A stretch of DNA of 64,000 nucleotides from IMG/VR virus record IMGVR_UViG_3300030390_001877, positions 1 to 64,000 of that record; one strand, 5' to 3'. The position numbers and the translations under genes are program-made. Under the pieces are notes generated by a model. The model saw only the letters and a program-made list of their open reading frames with translations, was not told the DNA's origin and ran no database searches. Numbering within the stretch: the stretch's first letter is position 1; each line of letters starts with the position of its first letter. Of the stretch, positions 9,205 through 16,833 are shown in pieces. The DNA is from a virus.

Positions 9205-9279
9205 TTTTATTTAATTAAACTATTTTATTAAGATGCAAACATTGTTACATATTCACATCAATAAAACAACTATTATTCA

Positions 9280-9507
9280 TTACCCTCTATCTAATCTCTT
9301 CTTAAAGTTCAAAGAAAAACCACCACCTTTGCAGATAACCAAAACTAAAGGTTCAAGATTGTTTGACGTGTTCACAGTCTTATTATATTCAGCAACCAAT
9401 AATTTTAAAGTTTCTAGCCTACAAAGTGTTAAAAATTCGTTGTTAGTGTCAGTTGCTAACATGTAATCATTTGCAGCGATTAGTACTTGGTTATATTTGA
9501 TAGTCAT
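9280..9507 (-). CDS. hypothetical early protein
   Basis: GAGAG RBS, own promoter. Confidence 0.7.
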   Translation of the reverse strand: MTIKYNQVLIAANDYMLATDTNNEFLTLCRLETLKLLVAEYNKTVNTSNNLEPLVLVICKGGGFSLNFKKRLDRG

Positions 9508-9563
9508 AATATTATTCTCTCAATTTGTTTAAAAGGCTAACACCCTTGCCAGCCAACAAATAC

Positions 9564-9592
9564 ATATTATCAAAACGTTTTACTTTGTGCAA
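9564..9592 (-). promoter_or_regulatory. sigma70-type promoter with leader hairpin
   Basis: TTGCAC-17-TAATAT; hairpin 9535-9555. Confidence 0.7.
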
Positions 9593-9621
9593 CCTTTATT
9601 TACAAAATAATCTAACTTTTA

Positions 9622-9930
9622 TCAGAACACACCTTTATCAAGGCACACCATCCCCACACATACACCTTTATCAAAGGTCACCTTTATAGTGTGATCATAC
9701 ATCATAAGAGTGTGTTCACCGTCCTGTAAGCCGCCTTTACTCAACAACAACCCCAGTGCATTAATAGCGTTCTTAAAGTGCTTAGAATCACGCTCCGAAT
9801 GGTTAATTTGTGCTAAACTGTCTTGCACTTGTCCAAAAAGAGACTCTTTTTCAATGTTAGCTATATTACTAGCATGTTCCGCTTTAAAAGCTTGTTCTTG
9901 AGAATGTTTATTGTTGAAAAATAGTCCCAT
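9622..9930 (-). CDS. hypothetical early protein
   Basis: GGGAG RBS. Confidence 0.75.
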   Translation of the reverse strand: MGLFFNNKHSQEQAFKAEHASNIANIEKESLFGQVQDSLAQINHSERDSKHFKNAINALGLLLSKGGLQDGEHTLMMYDHTIKVTFDKGVCVGMVCLDKGVF

Positions 9931-9931
9931 C

Positions 9932-10087
9932 TTAAAGACTCCCTTCTATTGGAAAGTGTTTTACTTTTCGTGCTTGTTTACGTTCTAATCGAATACTCTT
10001 TTTACATTTACGTGTAGCAGTGTTGTCATTTTCAAAGCGTGACTGTTTGGTACGTGTGATTTTTTGAGTAGTGTTGTTTGTTTGCAT
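9932..10087 (-). CDS. small basic protein (51 aa, not in ORF track)
   Basis: MQTNNTTQKITRTKQSR...RKQARKVKHFPIEGSL; stop abuts next start. Confidence 0.55.
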   Translation of the reverse strand: MQTNNTTQKITRTKQSRFENDNTATRKCKKSIRLERKQARKVKHFPIEGSL

Positions 10088-10146
10088 GATAGAGCCTTAT
10101 TTAAAGTAGTTGTGAGGGCTTGCGCCCTTTTAAAAGGTTTTCTATA

Positions 10147-10734
10147 TTAATAATCTTCTAAAAGCTCTCTTAATTCTTCAAGCTGTTTTTGTGTGAACAA
10201 ACTATTCAATTGTTTAGCGTTCTTTTGGCAAGCTCTGTAAATTTCTAAAGATTTGATACTATCTTGGTCATAGCCGCAGTTATTACAAAAATCTTCAAAT
10301 AATTCATGGCCGCAATCACTATCTAATAAAAGGGAATACAACACACTTGCAGCGGTAGGACTAACAGCGTAGCAAGAACCCCCAGTATAAAAAGTGTTTT
10401 TGTAACCATTACTTAGTTTAAAATCATTGTCAATTAAATGTAAACCTTTTTCTATATTAGCCTTTTTTAGCTCTTTGTTATACTTAGTTGATAAAGTTGA
10501 TAAACTAGTGTAAGTACCTTGTTTAGTTTTTAATACTCTGTGACCTAAACCTGTTTTAAATTCAGTGTTGATAAGGTTACTACCCTTGATAAAAGAGATA
10601 TTAAATAAATCGTGTTGCCATTCTGAGTCCTTAGAACAATCTAAAAGATATACACTTTTATAAACTACGTTATTGTCTTCTAAAAACTTAGCTACTGCGA
10701 TATCTTGGTCATTGATTGAAATAGATGTTTTCAT
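10147..10734 (-). CDS. conserved-looking hypothetical phage protein
   Basis: C-term PTAASVLYSLLLD..FEDFC...GYDQDS pattern; function unknown. Confidence 0.7.
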   Translation of the reverse strand: MKTSISINDQDIAVAKFLEDNNVVYKSVYLLDCSKDSEWQHDLFNISFIKGSNLINTEFKTGLGHRVLKTKQGTYTSLSTLSTKYNKELKKANIEKGLHLIDNDFKLSNGYKNTFYTGGSCYAVSPTAASVLYSLLLDSDCGHELFEDFCNNCGYDQDSIKSLEIYRACQKNAKQLNSLFTQKQLEELRELLEDY

Positions 10735-10858
10735 AATAGTACTCTTTTTAAATAGTGGCGTAATTGCCTGTTAATAATTCTGTTGTTAAACCGTTGTAAT
10801 CAGCGGCTTTGTTAAGATGTGCTTAGTATAATATTAAACACATCAACAAAGCAAGCTT

Positions 10859-11254
10859 TTATTTAATAAGTTTTTCAAGCTTATTTAAATCATTTTTCAT
10901 CAATGTAATTTCACGTACCAAAAATGAATTAATTTGTTGTTCAATATTAGCTACCACAAGATCAACATTTTCAGGTAAGCAATAAATAAAACCTTTTAAT
11001 TTATAGTTAAACTTAGGAACAAAGAATAAATCATTTATATCTAGATTTGAATTATTCTCATAAAAATTACTTGATGAGCAAGAACCTAGCTGACTTACAA
11101 AATCACAACCGTTTGCTGGTGATACTTGAGGTCTTACACTTACTTTTGTCTCTACTTTGTCAATCTTCAAACCATTTACATTATCAAAAGACCAAGACAG
11201 GTTTACAAATGTATTACCATCTACTTTAAAAGTTTTTAAATCAAAAGTTTTCAT
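10859..11254 (-). CDS. hypothetical early protein
   Basis: AGGA RBS, own promoter. Confidence 0.75.
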   Translation of the reverse strand: MKTFDLKTFKVDGNTFVNLSWSFDNVNGLKIDKVETKVSVRPQVSPANGCDFVSQLGSCSSSNFYENNSNLDINDLFFVPKFNYKLKGFIYCLPENVDLVVANIEQQINSFLVREITLMKNDLNKLEKLIK

Positions 11255-11311
11255 AATAATATTCCTAAAAGTAATAATTTGCCGAAGGTGGCGCTTTGTT
11301 TCAATATGGTA

Positions 11312-11340
11312 ATTCTAGTCTAAGTGGTGTTTGTTGTCAA
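11312..11340 (-). promoter_or_regulatory. sigma70-type promoter
   Basis: TTGACA-17-TAGAAT. Confidence 0.8.
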
Positions 11341-11348
11341 CGTTTTAT

Positions 11349-11537
11349 TTAATAATTACAAAGATTTTTAATACCGTCCAATTTATCAGAACACATATAG
11401 CTAATTTCATATGCAAAACCATAATTAGATGCTTCAGCTATTGCCCACTCGTTAACTTGTTTTTCAGTGCCTACTACAAATTGCTCTGATATGTGGCCTA
11501 ATTTGTTTGTAAATACAACGCTGTAAAATTTAATCAT
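11349..11537 (-). CDS. hypothetical early protein
   Basis: GAGAG RBS. Confidence 0.7.
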   Translation of the reverse strand: MIKFYSVVFTNKLGHISEQFVVGTEKQVNEWAIAEASNYGFAYEISYMCSDKLDGIKNLCNY

Positions 11538-11640
11538 AATATTACTCTCTTCTTTTTAAAAGTTAATGTTTTTGTTTAGATGCGTTCTATTCTACACAAG
11601 ATAAAACAAAACGCAACAACTAAAACACTATTTTATAAAA

Positions 11641-11820
11641 TTAATCCCTGTTTAAAAATTCTTTTAACGTTCGCGGAATAGTACCCGCTGTTAACTCTTT
11701 TTCTGTGTCAATGTCAAACACTGCCCGAATATAACCATCATCCGCAAATTTTGCCGCACTTCTTAAACAGTTGAATGTTTTTAAAGGTTTCTTTTTACTT
11801 GGAACAAATACGCCGTACAT
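11641..11820 (-). CDS. hypothetical protein (59 aa, not in track)
   Basis: MYGVFVPSKKKPLK...; AGGG RBS. Confidence 0.55.
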   Translation of the reverse strand: MYGVFVPSKKKPLKTFNCLRSAAKFADDGYIRAVFDIDTEKELTAGTIPRTLKEFLNRD

Positions 11821-11837
11821 AATAACACCCTTTTAAA

Positions 11838-11972
11838 TTAACAACGTTTACCAGAACGATCCACCACTGATAGGATATTACTATCTGAGAAACGTAAACT
11901 CTTGGCAGCGGCATAATCAGCACACCATTTATTTACAGAACGACCACTTTTAAAATTAATTGTTATGTTCAT
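11838..11972 (-). CDS. hypothetical protein (44 aa, not in track)
   Basis: MNITINFKSGR...; GGGGG RBS. Confidence 0.5.
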   Translation of the reverse strand: MNITINFKSGRSVNKWCADYAAAKSLRFSDSNILSVVDRSGKRC

Positions 11973-11987
11973 TAGATAAGCCCCCTT

Positions 11988-12257
11988 TTAAGCAAAGCTA
12001 TTTAAAACAGTAATAACGTTTTTATTATGCAATTTTCTTGCTAATAGTTTACTTTTTAAATCTGAGTAATTAGCAACTTTTACAGCTTTACCACCTTTAA
12101 CAACAAAGCTTTGACGTTTACGTGTCACTGTGCAAGATACATTCCATTTGCCGCTAGAATCCTTTTGACGGGGAGCTGTTGCCGCAAGTCCTTGTGCTTT
12201 TAAGTAGGCTGTTAATTTGCGAGCGTTTGAACGTGTGTTTAAGTTTATTGTTTTCAT
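11988..12257 (-). CDS. basic hypothetical protein
   Basis: K/R rich; own promoter. Confidence 0.75.
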   Translation of the reverse strand: MKTINLNTRSNARKLTAYLKAQGLAATAPRQKDSSGKWNVSCTVTRKRQSFVVKGGKAVKVANYSDLKSKLLARKLHNKNVITVLNSFA

Positions 12258-12299
12258 AATATATTCTCTTTGTTAATGTAATTGTTTAATTGAGTGTTG

Positions 12300-12328
12300 A
12301 TTGTAGCGGATAACGTTTTAGGTGTCAA
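12300..12328 (-). promoter_or_regulatory. strong sigma70-type promoter
   Basis: TTGACA-17-TACAAT. Confidence 0.85.
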
Positions 12329-12342
12329 CCGCTTTTTGTGAT

Positions 12343-12741
12343 TTATTCGTCAATCATAGATTGAAGCATTTCATCAATGTTGTTTCTTTTTGCAAATTCA
12401 CTGCAAAAATCATCAATAAAAGCGTTCAGAAAATAACTGTCGTCAGTCTCATCACTTGCATAAAGTTCTGAAAATATTCCATCATTTTTTAAAATCTTTC
12501 CTAAATCATTATATACAGTATCTGCACCTGAATTGTCCCAATGGGCGCGACCTTTACCGTTGCCGTTCATATCACTGTCTTGATAGCAGATACAAAAACC
12601 ATCAAACCAGACCGCAATTTGGTTATATTCATACTGATGATCGATATTCCCTTGAAAAGCACTAAACATAATTTCTATTAGCTTGTCTTTGTTTTCTTTG
12701 TAAAAGATTTCAGCTTGTTCAAGGGTTATTGACGTTTTCAT
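12343..12741 (-). CDS. acidic hypothetical protein
   Basis: about 26 D/E versus 10 K/R in 132 aa (hand count). Confidence 0.75.
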   Translation of the reverse strand: MKTSITLEQAEIFYKENKDKLIEIMFSAFQGNIDHQYEYNQIAVWFDGFCICYQDSDMNGNGKGRAHWDNSGADTVYNDLGKILKNDGIFSELYASDETDDSYFLNAFIDDFCSEFAKRNNIDEMLQSMIDE

Positions 12742-12792
12742 AATATTCTCACTTTCTTTAAGTGGCTAACACCCTTGCTAGCCAGTGATTTA

Positions 12793-12821
12793 ATAATAGT
12801 ATAGTTGATTATTGATTGCAA
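12793..12821 (-). promoter_or_regulatory. sigma70-type promoter with leader hairpin
   Basis: TTGCAA-17-TATTAT; hairpin 12764-12784. Confidence 0.75.
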
Positions 12822-12829
12822 GGATTATT

Positions 12830-13174
12830 TTAAATTTTATTCATTATTTCATATTTACGGTTTAATATCTCTTTACCAGCCTTTATAAGTTTTAAGGCTT
12901 GTTTTTCTGTGAATTTGTGATCACCGCAAAACTTACCAATTGACAGATAATTATTAGCCCATTCTAAATATACATATACAGGATAAATAAAATCATTATA
13001 AACAGCTTGCACATAAGACGGTGCAACACATTCACTAAGGTGAGCCATACAGTTACGTTTATCTAAAAACAAGGCTGTATGCATAGTGTTGTTTCTATCA
13101 GCGTTTAAACTTGCGTACAATGCTGATTCTACGCTGTGGAAGTGTTCACAAGTGTTTTGATTTAGTTCTAACAT
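12830..13174 (-). CDS. hypothetical early protein
   Basis: start re-called at ATG 13174 after AGGA. Confidence 0.7.
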   Translation of the reverse strand: MLELNQNTCEHFHSVESALYASLNADRNNTMHTALFLDKRNCMAHLSECVAPSYVQAVYNDFIYPVYVYLEWANNYLSIGKFCGDHKFTEKQALKLIKAGKEILNRKYEIMNKI

Positions 13175-13237
13175 AATATTTCCTAAATGTTTATTTCTCA
13201 AGTTGATGATTTAAGTTTACACGATTATTTTAATACG

Positions 13238-13426
13238 TCAACAAGTTATTTCGAAATTAATAAAAACTTTTCTATAACTCCCACACGGTGAAAAAATAAC
13301 CTGTAAAAATTTATCCTCGTTTTTAAAAATTTCATTACTTGAAAACGTATTAATTGTAGATAATTGCAACTTGTGATCATTTATTATCTGATCAAGCTCT
13401 TTGTTAGTCGGGTTTATTTGTTTCAT
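13238..13426 (-). CDS. hypothetical early protein
   Basis: ATG 13426 overlaps upstream stop. Confidence 0.65.
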   Translation of the reverse strand: MKQINPTNKELDQIINDHKLQLSTINTFSSNEIFKNEDKFLQVIFSPCGSYRKVFINFEITC

Positions 13427-13944
13427 AATGCACCACCTTTTAACCACTCAGGATCACCACAGCAAAATGCAACTTTCAAAGGCTTATCACGGTTTAGCCA
13501 TTCTTCAAACTTGCTTTTTAAATATTCTTGATAGGCGTGTTCGGTAGTCTTGCCTAATACAACTAGCATTTTAAAAGAGTTGGGAGCGGCTACAGGTGGC
13601 ACTTTAAAAGGCTTATTTTCTATGTTAACAGGTGGTTGTAATAGTTGCACAAGTGTGTCATGAGTTTTATGTGTTTTACCTGTCGCAGCGGTGTACATAT
13701 TACAAAGTTCTAAAGCCATAGTTAACACATAATTATAATGTTCCACACTTTCACGTATCCATATCGCGCTAGGGTGGTTTTTATGTGTTAATTTGTAGAT
13801 ACCTGTAAGGGCTTGATCACCGTCTGAAACATGGTGAGCCGCTGATAAAATCTGTGCATACTCAATTATCATTTTGTTTCTGTGAATCGTGCAGTGTTCA
13901 CGTGCGCATTGTATTGGGTCTGAATTGGTGTAAAAAATATTCAT
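13423..13944 (-). CDS. pyrimidine-dimer DNA glycosylase / endonuclease V-like family protein
   Basis: MNIF...DP..CA..HC..H..KMI.EYAQIL.. and YK.THKNHPSAIW.RES signature. Confidence 0.8.
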   Translation of the reverse strand: MNIFYTNSDPIQCAREHCTIHRNKMIIEYAQILSAAHHVSDGDQALTGIYKLTHKNHPSAIWIRESVEHYNYVLTMALELCNMYTAATGKTHKTHDTLVQLLQPPVNIENKPFKVPPVAAPNSFKMLVVLGKTTEHAYQEYLKSKFEEWLNRDKPLKVAFCCGDPEWLKGGAL

Positions 13945-13955
13945 AATATAAAACC

Positions 13956-14258
13956 TTACTTATAGTAGCTTGCAGTGTTGAAACCTGTTTTAGTTTGTTT
14001 TATTTCAGTGTGTTCATAATAAACACCATCTTTAAGAATGTAAAGCATACCATGTAAGTAATTTGTTTTTATGACTCTATTACCTTTGTAGGTGTATTTC
14101 CTTTGAAGTTTTAGGATCATGTTAGGTTTATTTTTAAACTTTATAAGTAAAGAGTATTTATGAAACCCTTGTGATCTTTCTAATTCATCATAAAGGTCTG
14201 CTAATTGGACAAAATCTGGATTATAATCTATCTCTATTCTATGGTGAGCTAATAACAT
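13956..14258 (-). CDS. hypothetical early protein
   Basis: start uncertain (14258 or further upstream). Confidence 0.6.
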   Translation of the reverse strand: MLLAHHRIEIDYNPDFVQLADLYDELERSQGFHKYSLLIKFKNKPNMILKLQRKYTYKGNRVIKTNYLHGMLYILKDGVYYEHTEIKQTKTGFNTASYYK

Positions 14259-14344
14259 AATATAAAGCCTTATTTGCTTATGTAATTTCAATACACATAA
14301 AGATACACTATTTACAGCACATAGCAACTTTTATTAAAAGAATT

Positions 14345-14394
14345 TACGTGCAGAAAAGTGTATCAATTTAGTAAAAATACGTGCAGAAAAGTGT
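14345..14394. repeat. 17-bp direct repeat TACGTGCAGAAAAGTGT x2, 33-bp period
   Basis: 14345-14361 and 14378-14394; second copy abuts the -35. Confidence 0.85.
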
Positions 14395-14423
14395 TGACGT
14401 TTGAAAAGGTATTGTATTATAAT
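14394..14423 (+). promoter_or_regulatory. promoter opposite to the surrounding genes
   Basis: TTGACG-18-TATAAT. Confidence 0.7.
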
Positions 14424-14490
14424 ATTGGTATAGTAACTCGGAGCAGTGAAGGGAAACGCAGCAACCGATCCTGTCATTCTGGTAATGCGA

Positions 14491-14507
14491 TTGAGAATAA
14501 TTATCAA
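14491..14507. promoter_or_regulatory. Fur-box-like palindrome
   Basis: TTGAGAAT-A-ATTATCAA; one mismatch to the 7-1-7 TGATAAT-N-ATTATCA consensus. Confidence 0.55.
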
Positions 14508-14523
14508 CTAGTAGATGTGAAAA

Positions 14524-14541
14524 AGCCGCAATTAAGCGGCT
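14524..14541. terminator. bidirectional terminator
   Basis: GC stem with T-tract on the minus side (TTTTT) and ATATTTT on the plus side. Confidence 0.75.
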
Positions 14542-14559
14542 ATATTTTAGAGAAACGTT

Positions 14560-14742
14560 TTAATTTGTGATTGGTGTGATTTTTAGGACTTCAAATCTTA
14601 AAAGACGGGGATCTTTTTCAAGATTCTCTATTATTGTTTTTTCTGCCTCAAAGATATGTTTAGCATATACTTTACAATCATTAGTAAATTTTATCTCGCC
14701 ATCTTTGTTTTTCGTGACTATATCATAACTATAACTATTCAT
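14560..14742 (-). CDS. hypothetical early protein
   Basis: ATG 14742 after AGGTG. Confidence 0.65.
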   Translation of the reverse strand: MNSYSYDIVTKNKDGEIKFTNDCKVYAKHIFEAEKTIIENLEKDPRLLRFEVLKITPITN

Positions 14743-15142
14743 AATGATCACCTAATTGTAGTAAGGCACTACCCCCTAAGTAGTTGTCCCCACTTTTACC
14801 CCAAGCGTACCCCTTTAACTTTGTTCGCATAGGGTGTGTTTTTCTCTTTTCTTCAGCATAATTTATTTTCTCATCTAAATTAAACACCAACCCATAATGA
14901 TCCTGAATTAGGTTTAAAAAGTCGATATCAGCTGGCGGTAGTTTATCAAAAACTTTTCCTATACATCCTGAAAGTGTTATTATTTCAAGATGGCTTAAAC
15001 CTCTTTGATCAAGGCCGTATATGCAAGCTGGTTCAATATTCAGTTTATCCTTGCTAACTATGTTTAATAATCTTTTATTGTCTTTGTTTTTCCATTGACG
15101 ATCTGCAAAACTTTGTTTAACTTCTTTTAGTGAAATGGTCAT
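14735..15142 (-). CDS. hypothetical early protein
   Basis: AAGG RBS. Confidence 0.75.
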   Translation of the reverse strand: MTISLKEVKQSFADRQWKNKDNKRLLNIVSKDKLNIEPACIYGLDQRGLSHLEIITLSGCIGKVFDKLPPADIDFLNLIQDHYGLVFNLDEKINYAEEKRKTHPMRTKLKGYAWGKSGDNYLGGSALLQLGDHYE

Positions 15143-15161
15143 TTTAAAATTACCTTATAGA

Positions 15162-15332
15162 TTATTTAATAAGTTTGAAAGTACAGTTTAAACGGTTTTT
15201 ATTAACGTTGCAATAGTCTTGTATACCTTTTAAAGCTGTTTGTTTATCCTTGGCTCTGTACTCTTCTGTACGTGATCTTTTTTCCATAGTATAAGGGCAA
15301 GTAAAATTTAACTCAAATAAAAACGTTTTCAT
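15162..15332 (-). CDS. hypothetical protein (56 aa, not in track)
   Basis: MKTFLFELNFTCPYT...; first gene after promoter 15408-15435. Confidence 0.55.
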   Translation of the reverse strand: MKTFLFELNFTCPYTMEKRSRTEEYRAKDKQTALKGIQDYCNVNKNRLNCTFKLIK

Positions 15333-15407
15333 AATATAGAACCTTTGTTAATTAGTGGTAGCGTTTAACTGCCTTTTAAAAATCCGTCCCCCGTTGGAAC
15401 AATGCCA

Positions 15408-15435
15408 TTATTACAAATAGTTGGTCACGTGTCAA
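15408..15435 (-). promoter_or_regulatory. sigma70-type promoter
   Basis: TTGACA-16-TAATAA. Confidence 0.6.
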
Positions 15436-15544
15436 CAACCTTTTATAAAATAGTTTAACTTTTATAAAATAGTTTATTAAGTTTAGTAAAATAACACTAT
15501 TAGTATTAAGATCTGAAAAGTTTTAAACTATTTTAATTTATTTG

Positions 15545-15574
15545 TTGACAGGGTAAAACGTTTGCTTATATAAT
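15545..15574 (+). promoter_or_regulatory. sigma70-type promoter
   Basis: TTGACA-18-TATAAT. Confidence 0.75.
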
Positions 15575-15615
15575 GTAGGTATTCAAACAAGAGGTATTAT
15601 TTAAGGGGTTATGTT

Positions 15616-15837
15616 ATGAAAGAATTAAAGGTAGAAAGTATAGAGGATTTTTATCTAGAATCTAATCTAGGGCAAGATAAAGAATATTATGGCAAGAGAT
15701 TGTGGTTTGTATGTCCAAATTGTAAACATGAAACGTTTCAACTTGTAAAAGAGTGTGATCACCATCATGATTTCAATTTAAAGGGTTGCATTATTGGAAG
15801 TTGTTGCAAAACTGATTTTAAAATACTTTTAAATTGA
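15616..15837 (+). CDS. small putative Zn-binding protein
   Basis: CPNC ... C-DHHH ... GSCC; own promoter. Confidence 0.7.
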   Translation: MKELKVESIEDFYLESNLGQDKEYYGKRLWFVCPNCKHETFQLVKECDHHHDFNLKGCIIGSCCKTDFKILLN

Positions 15838-15851
15838 TTCACAAAAAGCCC

Positions 15852-15880
15852 TTGCAATTAACTTTGTGAGGGTTTATACT
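15852..15880 (+). promoter_or_regulatory. orphan promoter (no downstream ORF)
   Basis: TTGCAA-17-TATACT. Confidence 0.6.
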
Positions 15881-16382
15881 TACTTTAACAACTTGAGAAA
15901 CAAAGCGTAACCTGTATTGAACGCAGACACTATAGTCTAAAATGGATTGCATACTCCAGCCCTGCCTGTAAGAAAATCCAACGTTATGTTATAACATATC
16001 CCCTCTTTTGAAATGTTATATTATCACAAAACAAATCCCCCTTAGAATGAATCTAATTCTCATAAAAATTTTTCCTGAATCTAATATCCGTGTGAATCAA
16101 AAACGTATCAAGACCTTTTCCTTTTCAAATCAAATACTTAGCAGGATTATTTTTGTAAACGGTTCTAAACAATTTCCCCTAATAATAACTTTTCCATCAG
16201 GTTCTCTCCTCAAAATAATCCCCCCACAGAATAACTTTTCTCGCAGAGATATACTCTCTCAGAAGCTCTCTCACGCCACGTAACACTCTTCTTATACAAT
16301 CACCCTACTTAAACTAGAAAACCTCTCACAAGTAGCTTATGCTTGCAAGAGGTTTATGTTTTGAATCAGATTTACGTCAGGT

Positions 16383-16832
16383 TTAGATTTTCTCGTATAC
16401 CGTAATCACTTTCTCAACAGGTTTCACTTCGTGAATAGTGTCTTCAATATAATCATATTCATGACCATTGAAACTATAATAAGCATATTCACAACAGTAA
16501 ATCTTACCTTTAAAAGAGAAGATCCCTGTACAGGCTTCTTGACCACCCTCACCACCGCCGTTTTGATCTAAATGTTTATAACCTATTGATTCCATATAAT
16601 CTTCTTCAAGTTTATTGTTGTAATCACGTACTTCTTGGTAAGCTGAATATTGCTTATTGTATAGTTCAGGGTCAGATTCTTTCAAAGAATACCGTGGATA
16701 AGCTGGGTACTCCTTAAAAGAATTCAATGTTACCCTAAAATCACCTTCACACATGTTAAATAACATATCAGAAATACCGCCATCATAAAATTCTAACACA
16801 TCTTCAAAAACACTCATATCAACTTTACTCAT
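16383..16832 (-). CDS. acidic hypothetical protein
   Basis: AGGAG RBS. Confidence 0.8.
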   Translation of the reverse strand: MSKVDMSVFEDVLEFYDGGISDMLFNMCEGDFRVTLNSFKEYPAYPRYSLKESDPELYNKQYSAYQEVRDYNNKLEEDYMESIGYKHLDQNGGGEGGQEACTGIFSFKGKIYCCEYAYYSFNGHEYDYIEDTIHEVKPVEKVITVYEKI

Positions 16833-16833
16833 A

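Larger units (their letters stand above)
14430..14548 (+). ncRNA. candidate small RNA of about 120 nt
   Basis: promoter upstream, AGCCGC-AATTAA-GCGGCT hairpin downstream, no RBS-supported ORF. Confidence 0.45.

Noticed and set aside
14430-14520. Known riboswitch or ribozyme (c-di-GMP-I, hammerhead, twister, pistol)
   Set aside because: The conserved cores could not be matched by eye. An Rfam search is needed.
14358-14570. 70-aa plus-strand ORF
   Set aside because: It starts upstream of the promoter that would transcribe it, lacks an RBS and crosses a terminator.
16008-16283. 91-aa plus-strand ORF
   Set aside because: TTG start without RBS inside a low-complexity C-rich tract.
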